52,708 nt of DNA, from positions 1-52,708 of the IMG/VR virus record IMGVR_UViG_3300035700_000486; one strand, given 5' to 3'. The notes beneath the pieces are model-generated. The model was given only the letters and a program-made list of their open reading frames with translations. It ran no database searches and was not told where the DNA came from. Positions 29,734 through 39,267 of the stretch are shown here, piece by piece (positions within the stretch are counted from its first letter, which is position 1; each line of letters opens with the position of its first letter). A program made the position numbers and the translations under genes. The stretch comes from a virus (Duplodnaviria; Caudoviricetes).

Positions 29734-30108
29734 TTAAAACAATTTCAACTGACCGTCGTTTTCAACCCGATACTTTCCTTTTTCATGAATACTAGAAGCT
29801 CCACCGTTTTCTTTAAGATATTCCCATAATGATTCTATAACCTTAGACCTACAATCCTTTTCCACCCATCCTATAAGATTTCCATCCAGATAAAGAGTGA
29901 TGTGTTTATCATTAATTTTTGGTCTTTCTCGGACTGGAAAAAAATTTTTATTCATATTTAAATCTCTAAGGTGGTTCAACCATAATCCAATCCGTTTTTT
30001 TGATATCCATCCAATTATTGGAGTACCTTTATCTTTTTTTAATTCAAAATCAACCTTTGTAAATTTAATCTGGCCATTCTCTTCAGTGAGCTTGAATTGA
30101 CGAGCCAC
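29734..30108 (-). CDS. Hypothetical protein
   Basis: ORF in operon context; internal IIGWI/LIGWV repeat. Confidence 0.6.
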   Translation of the reverse strand: MARQFKLTEENGQIKFTKVDFELKKDKGTPIIGWISKKRIGLWLNHLRDLNMNKNFFPVRERPKINDKHITLYLDGNLIGWVEKDCRSKVIESLWEYLKENGGASSIHEKGKYRVENDGQLKLF

Positions 30109-30110
30109 GG

Positions 30111-30464
30111 TTAATCATCCTTATTCCAATAATCATCTAATGATCCCCCAATAACTGTAGATGTTATTTCTTCTTCTATGTCATTTCTCCAATTATCGTT
30201 TTCTTCATATCTGTTGATAACTTTCTCTAAAATTTCTAGCCACTCATCATAAGCGTCTATTTTCACCCCTGTAAATTCAATTTTGTCCCCATATAGTTCT
30301 TCGGCTACTTCCTTTGAATATTCATTGATTCCTTTATAAATGTCTTCAATACTTTTAAAGTTTACTTTAGCTAGTTCTAATAAAATGTTTTTTAAATCTT
30401 CCATTTCTTCTAGTTCATTTTCTTTAACCAAGGTATATATTTTTTTAGTATTCATTAAAATCAT
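30111..30464 (-). CDS. Acidic hypothetical protein
   Basis: AAGGAG RBS; very acidic. Confidence 0.6.
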   Translation of the reverse strand: MILMNTKKIYTLVKENELEEMEDLKNILLELAKVNFKSIEDIYKGINEYSKEVAEELYGDKIEFTGVKIDAYDEWLEILEKVINRYEENDNWRNDIEEEITSTVIGGSLDDYWNKDD

Positions 30465-30500
30465 CCACTCCTTTCAGTACAAAGAACCGCCGATATTGTT

Positions 30501-30692
30501 TTATTTGCAATATGGACAACCGTTTAACTTTTTAGCGTTTTCATTTTTATAAACAGTCTCTGTTTCTTTTAAATGTTCAGGTAATTCTTCAAGATAAGTA
30601 GCATCAACAACTTCGTCATCTTCATTTTCTTTTTCCTTTACATCCACTTTCATCCAAGCACCACATTTACATTGTTTTAAATAATACCTCAC
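30501..30692 (-). CDS. Small Zn-ribbon protein
   Basis: GGAGGTG RBS; CKCG...CPYC. Confidence 0.6.
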   Translation of the reverse strand: MRYYLKQCKCGAWMKVDVKEKENEDDEVVDATYLEELPEHLKETETVYKNENAKKLNGCPYCK

Positions 30693-30734
30693 TAAATCAC
30701 CTCCTCAGTGCAACTATCCCGCCGATCTATACCA

Positions 30735-31328
30735 CTAATGAAACACCTTCCTGTACGAGTGTTCAATATTAATCTGTGAATTTTGAGCATAGATTTGAGT
30801 TGTTGCCGGATCACTATGCCCCATCAACACTTGCACCTTATCCTGCTCGACTCCTGAATTAATTAAGTGAGAAGCAAATGAATGTCTAAAACGGTGCGGC
30901 TTGACCGGATGTCCTTCGGAACCTATATCAGCTTTCTTACCCATTTTTTTGATGTGTCTATAAAGACTGGACCTACTCATTCTGTTTTTATATCTGCTCT
31001 GAAATATCCAGTTGTTGTTATCCTCTCTAGTTTCTTTATATCTTTTCAGAAGCATAACTGCTTTAGTTGATAATAATGTAACCCGGTCCTTACCACCTTT
31101 CCCGTCAATTACTTCCACACGCTTATTTTGAAAATCAATATTATCCCAATCTAGGTCCCTGGCTTCTGAAATCCTAACTCCTGAACTGTAGAAAACTTCA
31201 ATTATCATTCTGTCAAATAATGAATTAGCTGCCTCTCTCATTCCTTCAATTTCTTCCTGGCTGAATGGATCAGGCTTCCGGTCCTGCTCTTTTGGCCGTT
31301 CAATCTTATTCATAATATTTTTTTTCAA
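30735..31328 (-). CDS. Tyrosine recombinase catalytic domain (C-terminal half of frameshifted gene)
   Basis: SGVRISE (R), GKGGK (K), HRFRH (HxxR), GHS (H), TQIY (Y) all intact. Confidence 0.9.
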   Translation of the reverse strand: MKKNIMNKIERPKEQDRKPDPFSQEEIEGMREAANSLFDRMIIEVFYSSGVRISEARDLDWDNIDFQNKRVEVIDGKGGKDRVTLLSTKAVMLLKRYKETREDNNNWIFQSRYKNRMSRSSLYRHIKKMGKKADIGSEGHPVKPHRFRHSFASHLINSGVEQDKVQVLMGHSDPATTQIYAQNSQINIEHSYRKVFH

Positions 31329-31881
31329 CTAAATCTTCTTTCTCCAGCCATTGAAAGTAACTGCTAAGAGTAACACACTTGTTCCTGATGGTAGAATTTT
31401 CATTTCCTGCTTTACGCTGTTTCATAAGATAATGTCTAACATCCCGAACTGTAACTTCTTCAATAGGTTTTTGAATTTCCTTAATAAAATTTTCTAATTT
31501 GCCTCTATAACCATCTATAGTATTTGAGCTGCATCCTTCAGATTCTTTCGTATACAAAAATTCATCAATAAGTTGAAACTCTCTGTCTTTATCAGCCCCT
31601 TCCAATTCACCGATAAAATTTTGATATTCAGCTTTGATCACTAACTCCACTTTTCCATCAGTCTTAACTAACATAAGTCCTCTGGATTTGTTTTCAAGCT
31701 GTTTTTCAAGCTGTGATAGAGACTTTTCTATCAGCTCCCGAGAATAACCAGTTAATTCTATTATTTTTTCAACTCTTACCGGTTTTTCTTTCCGGTAGAA
31801 AAATGCTTCCAGGAATGGTACCAATTTATCCTCAGCTGAAAATTTCTTTTTTTTAAATTGAACTACATTTGTTTCAGCCAT
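31306..31881 (-). CDS. ScpB-like winged helix fused to integrase core-binding (SAM-like) domain; N-terminal half of frameshifted recombinase
   Basis: LEAFFY..EKPV...RGLMLV...VELVIKAEY resembles ScpB N-terminus; FL..K..EG.S.NTI.GY...LSSYFQWL is the integrase N-domain; A8 run at 31318-31325. Confidence 0.7.
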   Translation of the reverse strand: MAETNVVQFKKKKFSAEDKLVPFLEAFFYRKEKPVRVEKIIELTGYSRELIEKSLSQLEKQLENKSRGLMLVKTDGKVELVIKAEYQNFIGELEGADKDREFQLIDEFLYTKESEGCSSNTIDGYRGKLENFIKEIQKPIEEVTVRDVRHYLMKQRKAGNENSTIRNKCVTLSSYFQWLEKEDLVEKKYYE

Positions 31882-31919
31882 GTTTACCTCCTATCTTTTA
31901 CAACAAAACATCCACATTT

Positions 31920-32114
31920 TTATTTAGTTAAATTTAAATTGATATCTTTTTTTATTGGTTTTCCAGCTAAAATATTTATATCGGGGCCACTTTCTTTTAA
32001 AGCACAAATCATAACTCCGTCATTAAAAACAATTGCTTCTTCATCACCAATTTCCCATTTTCCATCTTTAAATCTTTCTTCTGCAACAGTAAAGGCTTTT
32101 TCTAAACCATTCAT
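31920..32114 (-). CDS. Hypothetical protein
   Basis: GGGAGG RBS. Confidence 0.55.
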   Translation of the reverse strand: MNGLEKAFTVAEERFKDGKWEIGDEEAIVFNDGVMICALKESGPDINILAGKPIKKDINLNLTK

Positions 32115-32144
32115 AATAAAATGATCCTCCCATTAATTTTGATT

Positions 32145-34436
32145 TTATTTCCTTATCCTTTCGCCCAGCTTACTATACCTTTTTTCAACTTTATTATTTT
32201 TTATAGCCTTCCGTACCGCCCAGGTGTTACCTACCAGGATCAATCTATCCTTAGCCCTGGTCATTCCCGTATATAATAGATTTCTTTTAAGCATGATATA
32301 ATGACTTTTGGTCAGACTCATAATGACTATAGGAAATTCACTGCCCTGGCTCTTATGAATGGTAGTAGCATAGGCTAGTTTTAACAAATTAAATTCATCG
32401 ACAGTGAAGATCACCGGTTCTGGATCTTCATTATCAGTAATAACCACAAACATTTTATTACCATCTATTTTAACTACTTTCCCCAGGTTACCGTTGAAAA
32501 CCATCTTGTCATAATCATTTTTCACTACCATAACTTTATCTCCCAGTCTATACTTACCTAATTCAAATTTACCTGAGTAATCTTTATATTTACTGACAGG
32601 ATTAACTATTTCTCTTATAGTCTCATTCATGTTATCTACTCCAGAATCAGATTTATACATTGGAGAAAGAACCTGATAATCCATAGGAGTTTTACCATTT
32701 TCGTTTAAATCTTTTACTATATCAATGATTCTTTCAGCAGCCTGATCATCATCTATAATCTTTTCAAAATCAAAATCACCTTCACTTTTTAATTTGGGTA
32801 TTTCCCCGCTGGCAATTTCGTTGGCTTTCTTAGCTATAATAGAACCATTGGCCTGACGGAAATTATATTTGAGCCTGGTAGTAGGTATTTCTCCACTCCC
32901 TATCATATCTCTTAATACAGATCCAGCTCCAACAGAAGGTAACTGATCAATGTCACCTACAAGAACCACTCTCATATTTGTTTCTATAGCTGCGAACAGA
33001 TCTCTTGCCAGCTCTAGATCACACATTGAGAATTCATCAAGAATAATCAACCCGGGGCCTGGAAGTGGTTGCTCATATCCAAAAACAAATCCACCTTCCC
33101 AGGGGTTATACCTTAGTAATCGGTGGATTGTTTGAGCTTCTCTATTCGTCTGTTCTTCCATTCTTTTAGCTGCTTTCCCGGTAGGAGAAGCAAGATATAT
33201 GGTTCCGTCCGTAGTAGGCAAATCATAAGGACCTGAATTACTATTATTCATCCCTTCATAGATATTACATATAGAATTAATAACTGTAGTTTTTCCAGTG
33301 CCGGGTCCTCCAGTAATGATTGAAATGTTATTTTTAAATGCTCTTTTAATTGCTTCTCTCTGCTCTGGAGCATAATCGAATAACAAATTTTCTTCTTCCC
33401 ATTTAATGATCTGAGTAAATGCTGTATTTTTCAATTCATTTTCAGCATTGAGTAATATTTTGATTCGGTTAGCCAGTTCCTTTTCAGCATGAATATATCT
33501 GGGAATATAAACATCATTTCTTTCTCTTTTCAATTCATCCTGGTCATCAGCCATTTTCTTGACCATTCTACCTATTTCTTTAGTTTCCAGTTCTATATCC
33601 AATAACTTCTTAACTTTTTTTGATATCTTTTTAAATGGCAAATATACATGGCCATCATTTAAAGCTTCATTCAATACATGTTTTATAGCTGCTTTAAGTC
33701 GGAAGGGTGAATCCTTTTCAATTCCCAAACCCCTGGCTATTTTGTCAGCTGTAATAAATCCTATCCGGTCCACATCATCAATTAATATATATGGATTCTC
33801 TTCAATATCACTTAATATATTCCCCGCTTCTTTAGATCGAGTCATATAAGTAGACCAGATCCGGGAAGCCATTCCGGCTGAAATCCCTTTCTGACAAATT
33901 GAAGATTTAAATTCAGCTTGAAGAGAATTTTCGTTCAGATCCTTAGAGATCTGTTGGATCTGTTCATTTTCTATAAAATCGAATTGATTTAACACCTGAG
34001 GGTTCTTCTTTACTTTTTGTAATGTTTTTTCTCCTAACCGGTCAACTATTTTTTGAGCTCTTACTGGCCCAATACCATACATAATTGAAGATAAATAACG
34101 GCAAATTCCAGTCTCATTCTCAGGTAATAAAACTTCAAAGTTATCAAATTTAAATTGTAATCCATACTTACTATGTTTTTTGAATTTACCTTTTAACTGA
34201 TACTTACTCCCTTCCTGCGGTGAGCTCATATGACCCACCGCAGTAGTATTAGGAGCATTATCTCTGTCTATATCCAGTACACAGTAACCATTCTCTGGGT
34301 TGGAAAAGACTATACGGTCAATTATACCCTGAATTTCCTTAACCTCTTTATCAATCTTTTTTTGTTCCTTTTCTATATCCTCAACAGTTTCCACTTTTCC
34401 AGTACCATCTTCAAAATCTTTAAAAACAAATCCCAT
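32145..34436 (-). CDS. recD2: RecD2-family ATP-dependent helicase
   Basis: GIGPVRAQKIV, NPY, IGFITADKIA, GGPGTGKTT, DEFSM, GDIDQLPSVG, YATTIHKSQGSE, YTGMTRAK; RBS favours start at 34436. Confidence 0.93.
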   Translation of the reverse strand: MGFVFKDFEDGTGKVETVEDIEKEQKKIDKEVKEIQGIIDRIVFSNPENGYCVLDIDRDNAPNTTAVGHMSSPQEGSKYQLKGKFKKHSKYGLQFKFDNFEVLLPENETGICRYLSSIMYGIGPVRAQKIVDRLGEKTLQKVKKNPQVLNQFDFIENEQIQQISKDLNENSLQAEFKSSICQKGISAGMASRIWSTYMTRSKEAGNILSDIEENPYILIDDVDRIGFITADKIARGLGIEKDSPFRLKAAIKHVLNEALNDGHVYLPFKKISKKVKKLLDIELETKEIGRMVKKMADDQDELKRERNDVYIPRYIHAEKELANRIKILLNAENELKNTAFTQIIKWEEENLLFDYAPEQREAIKRAFKNNISIITGGPGTGKTTVINSICNIYEGMNNSNSGPYDLPTTDGTIYLASPTGKAAKRMEEQTNREAQTIHRLLRYNPWEGGFVFGYEQPLPGPGLIILDEFSMCDLELARDLFAAIETNMRVVLVGDIDQLPSVGAGSVLRDMIGSGEIPTTRLKYNFRQANGSIIAKKANEIASGEIPKLKSEGDFDFEKIIDDDQAAERIIDIVKDLNENGKTPMDYQVLSPMYKSDSGVDNMNETIREIVNPVSKYKDYSGKFELGKYRLGDKVMVVKNDYDKMVFNGNLGKVVKIDGNKMFVVITDNEDPEPVIFTVDEFNLLKLAYATTIHKSQGSEFPIVIMSLTKSHYIMLKRNLLYTGMTRAKDRLILVGNTWAVRKAIKNNKVEKRYSKLGERIRK

Positions 34437-34476
34437 ATAAAAATTTAACCTCCTTTGAAAAAACAACCATACGTTT

Positions 34477-34761
34477 TTATATTATTTTTTCTAAAATATT
34501 GTTACCTGCTACACATTTCCATCTTCCTTCTTTTGGGAAACCTGAATAAGGTATAAATGTATAGAAATAACCGTTTTTTGCTTCAATTGTTATAGAAAAA
34601 TGTGTACCTTTCCTATAAGAAGGATGTCTTCCTCCTGCTTTTTTAATATAAATGTTTTGAGCATATTCATTTATATCGTTTCTTTGATATACTTTACCTA
34701 CTTTCATTTTTTTATCCTGCTGTCCTTTTTCCATGATCCATAACCTCCCTGGCATTCTCAA
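34477..34761 (-). CDS. Hypothetical protein
   Basis: ORF between sbcD and recD2. Confidence 0.5.
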   Translation of the reverse strand: MRMPGRLWIMEKGQQDKKMKVGKVYQRNDINEYAQNIYIKKAGGRHPSYRKGTHFSITIEAKNGYFYTFIPYSGFPKEGRWKCVAGNNILEKII

Positions 34762-35722
34762 CTCTTACCATGGCTTCCTCTACCACTCTACCCGATATCT
34801 CTTCTTTCTTAGCTATATTTTCCATAATACTTTCCAGCTCCAAATAATTATTATCTCCTTCCTCAGCCAACAGACCTAAAAACTCTTTAGTCATTTCCTT
34901 CCTTCTCTTTTCCTTTTCTATGTGTTCCCGACTCAGGACTTCATGGCCCGGTTTAGCTGATTCTAATTCAATCAATTCAGCTTCCGGTTCACCTTCTTCA
35001 GGAATAGTTAATAATGCTACTTTGGGTTTCCTCTGGATATTAGCTTCAGAAGCTTTTATACGACCAATAGAACCGGGATTAATTAAGAGAGTACTATTCA
35101 TCTTCTTAATGCCAAATCCTTCGTGTTCATGTCCGTTTATCAGAATATCCGGTGCTTCTGGATGTTCTGCTACCTCACTGATTAATGTATGTCTCAATTC
35201 ATATCCTGGAGATTTATCTAATAGCATGCCGTGGGTAATTAATATCTTAGTTTGAGGTTCCTGGTCGTAAAAATCAGATTCATGAGGTAAATAGTATTTA
35301 ATATTCTTATCAGTAATATCCGAATTGAATCCATGTCCCTGTAAAACCAATCCACCTAATCCCGGGAATACTCTTTCCTGTAAATTGTTTATTAAATTAA
35401 AAGACAAAAATAAACCATAAGGAGTTCTGCTCATAGAGTTTAGATTGCCATTATATAGATCATGATTACCCGGAATACAAAATATTGCTGTTTTACATTT
35501 CTTTAATAAGGTTCCAAGTTGACTTATTAAAGATAAAGAAATTCCTGGACTATCAAATATATCTCCAGGAATAATAATACCCTTACATTTATTTTTTTTA
35601 GCTAATTCAAAAATTTCTATTATCTTTTCAACAATAGCATTAGTGTAATGATCTTTTCTGGCTTTAGGATTTCTACCGGTCCAGTGTAGATCGCCAGTAA
35701 CAATGAATTTAGTATCAGTCAT
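34712..35722 (-). CDS. sbcD: SbcD/Mre11-like metallophosphoesterase nuclease
   Basis: DLH, GDIFD, GNHD, THG, GHEH, NPGS motifs; likely start MTDTKF at 35722. Confidence 0.9.
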   Translation of the reverse strand: MTDTKFIVTGDLHWTGRNPKARKDHYTNAIVEKIIEIFELAKKNKCKGIIIPGDIFDSPGISLSLISQLGTLLKKCKTAIFCIPGNHDLYNGNLNSMSRTPYGLFLSFNLINNLQERVFPGLGGLVLQGHGFNSDITDKNIKYYLPHESDFYDQEPQTKILITHGMLLDKSPGYELRHTLISEVAEHPEAPDILINGHEHEGFGIKKMNSTLLINPGSIGRIKASEANIQRKPKVALLTIPEEGEPEAELIELESAKPGHEVLSREHIEKEKRRKEMTKEFLGLLAEEGDNNYLELESIMENIAKKEEISGRVVEEAMVRVENAREVMDHGKRTAG

Positions 35723-35873
35723 CTTTATCACCTTCAGGATTAGTATTATTAACAACTCTTTTAAATTCACTTAATGCAGTATTTTGTATATTTAAATCGC
35801 ATAATAGATCATCATTCAAATATAGATAATAATTTTCGGTTTTAGTATTATAAACTAATTTATACTTACTCAT
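35715..35873 (-). CDS. Small hypothetical protein (52 aa)
   Basis: Not in ORF track; MSKYKLVYNTKTENYY...; overlaps both neighbours as in translational coupling. Confidence 0.5.
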   Translation of the reverse strand: MSKYKLVYNTKTENYYLYLNDDLLCDLNIQNTALSEFKRVVNNTNPEGDKDD

Positions 35874-36142
35874 AACTGAATCACTCCATCTTCTTTTTCA
35901 AGCCCATTAAATTCAGTCCAACATCCATAAGAACAACAGCATTCAAAATCGTTCTCCGGAACCCCTTTACCTTTTTCGTAGAAGTCACCACAATTAACAC
36001 AGGATTCTAATTCTATAGTAAACTTTTTCTTTAAGTCAGGTATTCTTTCAATACAATTAATACATATAATTTCTCCAACTACATCTTTCCCATATATTTC
36101 TGAATCTTGACGAATTTCTTTACAAAAATCACATTCAAACAA
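35870..36142 (-). CDS. Cys-rich hypothetical protein
   Basis: CDFC, CINC, CVNC, CCCSYGC. Confidence 0.6.
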   Translation of the reverse strand: MFECDFCKEIRQDSEIYGKDVVGEIICINCIERIPDLKKKFTIELESCVNCGDFYEKGKGVPENDFECCCSYGCWTEFNGLEKEDGVIQL

Positions 36143-36324
36143 TCTCGTTCACCCCGTTTTCTTTATTTATTTTATTTTTCCTTCCGTTACTAATTGTATA
36201 ATGACAAATTACAGCTCTCATTGATGGATGGTATCCTTGAAAATGCTTACATCTTTCACATTTCAAAGTGTCAACATGTTTCATATTTCTATCACAAAAA
36301 AACTAATAATATGTCATGATTCAA
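36135..36324 (-). pseudogene. Small Cys-rich gene broken by one extra base in a T7 run
   Basis: GAGGTG RBS and TTG at 36324; T6 at 36296-36302 gives MNHDILLVFCDRNMKHVDTLKCERCKHFQG...VICHY... Confidence 0.5.
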
Positions 36325-36992
36325 ACTTCATTCACCTCACTATTACCGTTTTCATCACGGCTGACTCCATAACGCTTACTGGCCACCTCAGCCAAATCTC
36401 TATTATGAGTAGTCATAAGAATAGATCTTCCTGTTTTCTCAGAATATTCTTCTAAAAATTTAGCCAGATTGGGAGCATAATCAGAACTAACATGTTTCCC
36501 GGGTTCATCCGCATTTAATATACCTTCATTTTTAGGACTTGCCAGCTCAATTAAGGCTAACCTTAAAGCTATACTTACAATATCACTTACTCCACCACCA
36601 CGGGCACTTTCTGGGGGCTCAGCTACCCATTCGCCGTTATATTTGCTGACTACTTTCCACTCAGCTACCGGATTACCCCCTTTTTTATCAACTTCAACCT
36701 TAAACCTCAGATCACTATCATCAATAATAGATTGAAGAGCAGCTGTAACCGTTCTCTCAATCTTAGTTTTAAGCTGCTCTCTGGCAAATTCAGAAGTCTC
36801 AGCAAAAAGTAATTTAACCTTTTCCCAGGTTTCAAGATTTTCTTTAACCTGAGCCAGTTCCTCTTTAGTCTCCTTCAACTGCTCTTTGAGCAGGGATAAT
36901 TGACCTTTACCCTGCTCATATTTAGATTGGTACTGTTTGATTTGTAATTCGAGTTGAGATAGATCAATTTTATTTTGTAGTTGGTCTGTCAT
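36321..36992 (-). CDS. SbcC/Rad50 C-terminal half (ABC ATPase signature, Walker B)
   Basis: Coiled coil then SARGGG, ALRLAL, LNADEP, MTTH. Confidence 0.85.
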   Translation of the reverse strand: MTDQLQNKIDLSQLELQIKQYQSKYEQGKGQLSLLKEQLKETKEELAQVKENLETWEKVKLLFAETSEFAREQLKTKIERTVTAALQSIIDDSDLRFKVEVDKKGGNPVAEWKVVSKYNGEWVAEPPESARGGGVSDIVSIALRLALIELASPKNEGILNADEPGKHVSSDYAPNLAKFLEEYSEKTGRSILMTTHNRDLAEVASKRYGVSRDENGNSEVNEV

Positions 36993-37291
36993 TGGTTATC
37001 ACCTTCGTTACAGAAACGTTCTAAGAACATTGCTAAATTTGCAATGTCCACGAGATCGTCTTCTGTTAAATTATCAAATTGGCCCAACCCTCTAATTTTA
37101 TGAATGGCTTGCACACAATTTACCTCTAATTTATATCCTATAGTCCCTATAGCTTCGTATTCCTTCCACCCAGTCCAACCTTTTTCATCATATACCCTAT
37201 ATAATTTACTTTTTATTTTGTCAGCAAATCTATCAACAGCTTTACTTAGTTCTAATTTTTCTGGATCGACAGCATTTTGATTGTCAGCCAT
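36989..37291 (-). CDS. Hypothetical protein
   Basis: KGWTGW and DLVDIANLAMFL motif typical of small phage MazG-like helical proteins. Confidence 0.55.
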   Translation of the reverse strand: MADNQNAVDPEKLELSKAVDRFADKIKSKLYRVYDEKGWTGWKEYEAIGTIGYKLEVNCVQAIHKIRGLGQFDNLTEDDLVDIANLAMFLERFCNEGDNQ

Positions 37292-37293
37292 AA

Positions 37294-37593
37294 CTACATC
37301 TTCTCCAATTCATCCATACTGGGCAACATTTCATCAACTTCTTGTATATCATTCTTGATCTTTTCATCAAGCCTACTAATTTCATCTTCCAGATCCTCTC
37401 GGTCGACATCCATTTCCTCCAGTTGTTCCAGGAGTTTTTTTTCATTTTCCTTTACATTTTCTAATTTAGTTTCCAATTTAGTTTTCTTTGATTCAGCCTT
37501 TTTAGCCCGTTTCTTTAAGTCTTCTAAACTAATATCAGTATCAAATTCATCTGTTGGTTGACCACTCTTTAATTTTTCTCCGAAATCAATCAT
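37294..37593 (-). CDS. Acidic coiled-coil protein between the SbcC halves
   Basis: AAGGAGG RBS; heptad pattern. Confidence 0.65.
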   Translation of the reverse strand: MIDFGEKLKSGQPTDEFDTDISLEDLKKRAKKAESKKTKLETKLENVKENEKKLLEQLEEMDVDREDLEDEISRLDEKIKNDIQEVDEMLPSMDELEKM

Positions 37594-37832
37594 TATTCAG
37601 CCTCCTTTAAAATTTTAATATATGCATCCTTAACCTTTTCTTTTATATCACTAATAGTCATGTCTTCTACTTTTCCGGGATTCAAATTAATTGTTACATC
37701 ACCTTTAAAATTTTTATGACAGATTAAGCTTTCCACTTTTACCTTAATCATTAGTTTTTTTTCATAATTAAAAGTTCCAAATGTCGAAAGATCCGAGTAA
37801 TCAAATTCTATATTTTTTATATAAATTTGAAT

Positions 37833-39263
37833 TTAAATCACCTTCTTAATATTTTCTTCCTCAATCTCAGACCCGCACCGCTGGCAAATACCTTCTTCTT
37901 TTAATTTATCGGTATACATTTCTCTATATATTTCTGCTTTTTTTATAGATTCATCAATCATATGATTTTTTTTAGTAATTACTTTTTCAAATTCATTTAA
38001 TTTGTTTAATTTATCCTTTAAGTCTTGCAACTCAGATTTATTATTCGCAATTTTAATAACTTTTTCATTAGCTATATCTGCAGAAGCTACTTTATTATAA
38101 TTACCATAGATAACTGCTTTTTTACCGGAAAGATCATATAAGTTATAATGGATCTCTTCAAGTGATTGAATTTTATTTCTTTTATCTAAAATAGACTGAA
38201 TTAATTGGCTGGATTCCTTTACCTGAATTAATTCCCTTAATTTAAATTCATGATTTTTTTTGAGTTCATTCAAAAGTTTAGATTCATGCCTTCGGTTAAA
38301 TAATTTAGAATGTTTTCCTTTATCTTCAAAGATAGATTTTAATCTATCCTGAGCTTCCGCGGTATGTTCTAAATCTTCTATTGAATAATTTAGTTTTGAT
38401 TTTTTTTCATTCAATTCATCTAACCGCTCTTTTATACTTCGATAATCTAATAAATACTGTATATCAGTTTCAGTTTTATCCAACATTTTCACTGCCGGTT
38501 TTAATTGGATAAGCTTATCCAATGCTAATTCCAGTAAACCTTTTTTATGGTCATTGACTTCTAAAGCAGCCTTAATTTCCTTAAGCTTTTCTAATTTTTC
38601 TTTATTTGATTTAATTTCCTGCATTTTATTCTTAACATTTTTAAGTGTTTCTCCCAGTGGTTTAACCCAGCTATATTTCTCAATTTTTAAATTATATTTT
38701 TCAATATCTTCTTCAAGTGATTTTTGTTTCTGGCCAGATCTGTAAATATCAGTTCCTAATTCTTTATTGGCCTTATCTATAACCTCAGTACCAGCCAATT
38801 TCCCTAAAATTTTAGCCCTGGTTGGTGCTGTAATTGAGGATCCTAAGAAAGGACCGGATAATTGTCTGGCAATATTCAAATTCAAAGTTTCTCCGGCTAC
38901 ATCATAAGAATACACGCCTAAAACCTGTTGGACTTGCAGGGGAACGTTGTTTCCAAAGCCTTCATAAACTTCTTCGTAATCCCCCTCGCATATCCAGTAT
39001 TGGTTTAGGGAACTGGTCCTTCTTCTCATGACAGCAAGATCATTCTCCAATACAACAGTAACTATGCATTCAGTTTGACCATGCCTGATAAAATCATCAC
39101 CCTGAGGACGGTTATAAAATAACCACCGGAGAGCCCTGACTACAGCACTTTTCCCGTAGTCAGTAGGTCCGGTGATAACAGTTAAACCATTTCCAGCTGG
39201 CTTTATAACAGTATAATCATGACACTGGAAATTATCTATAATAATCTTTTTAATTTGTTTCAC
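37833..39263 (-). CDS. SbcC/Rad50 N-terminal half (Walker A to zinc hook)
   Basis: IDNFQCH, GPTDYGKS, ARQ Q-loop, long coiled coil ending in CQRCG; likely GTG start at 39263. Confidence 0.85.
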   Translation of the reverse strand: MKQIKKIIIDNFQCHDYTVIKPAGNGLTVITGPTDYGKSAVVRALRWLFYNRPQGDDFIRHGQTECIVTVVLENDLAVMRRRTSSLNQYWICEGDYEEVYEGFGNNVPLQVQQVLGVYSYDVAGETLNLNIARQLSGPFLGSSITAPTRAKILGKLAGTEVIDKANKELGTDIYRSGQKQKSLEEDIEKYNLKIEKYSWVKPLGETLKNVKNKMQEIKSNKEKLEKLKEIKAALEVNDHKKGLLELALDKLIQLKPAVKMLDKTETDIQYLLDYRSIKERLDELNEKKSKLNYSIEDLEHTAEAQDRLKSIFEDKGKHSKLFNRRHESKLLNELKKNHEFKLRELIQVKESSQLIQSILDKRNKIQSLEEIHYNLYDLSGKKAVIYGNYNKVASADIANEKVIKIANNKSELQDLKDKLNKLNEFEKVITKKNHMIDESIKKAEIYREMYTDKLKEEGICQRCGSEIEEENIKKVI

Positions 39264-39267
39264 CCTA

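Noticed and set aside
31318-31325. Programmed frameshift in the tyrosine recombinase as a firm call
   Set aside because: It needs +1 rather than -1, and two other genes show the same extra homopolymer base, so sequencing error is more likely
2024-39031. Many plus-strand ORFs opposite structural and early genes
   Set aside because: Antisense shadows with S/F/L/I-biased composition and no RBS
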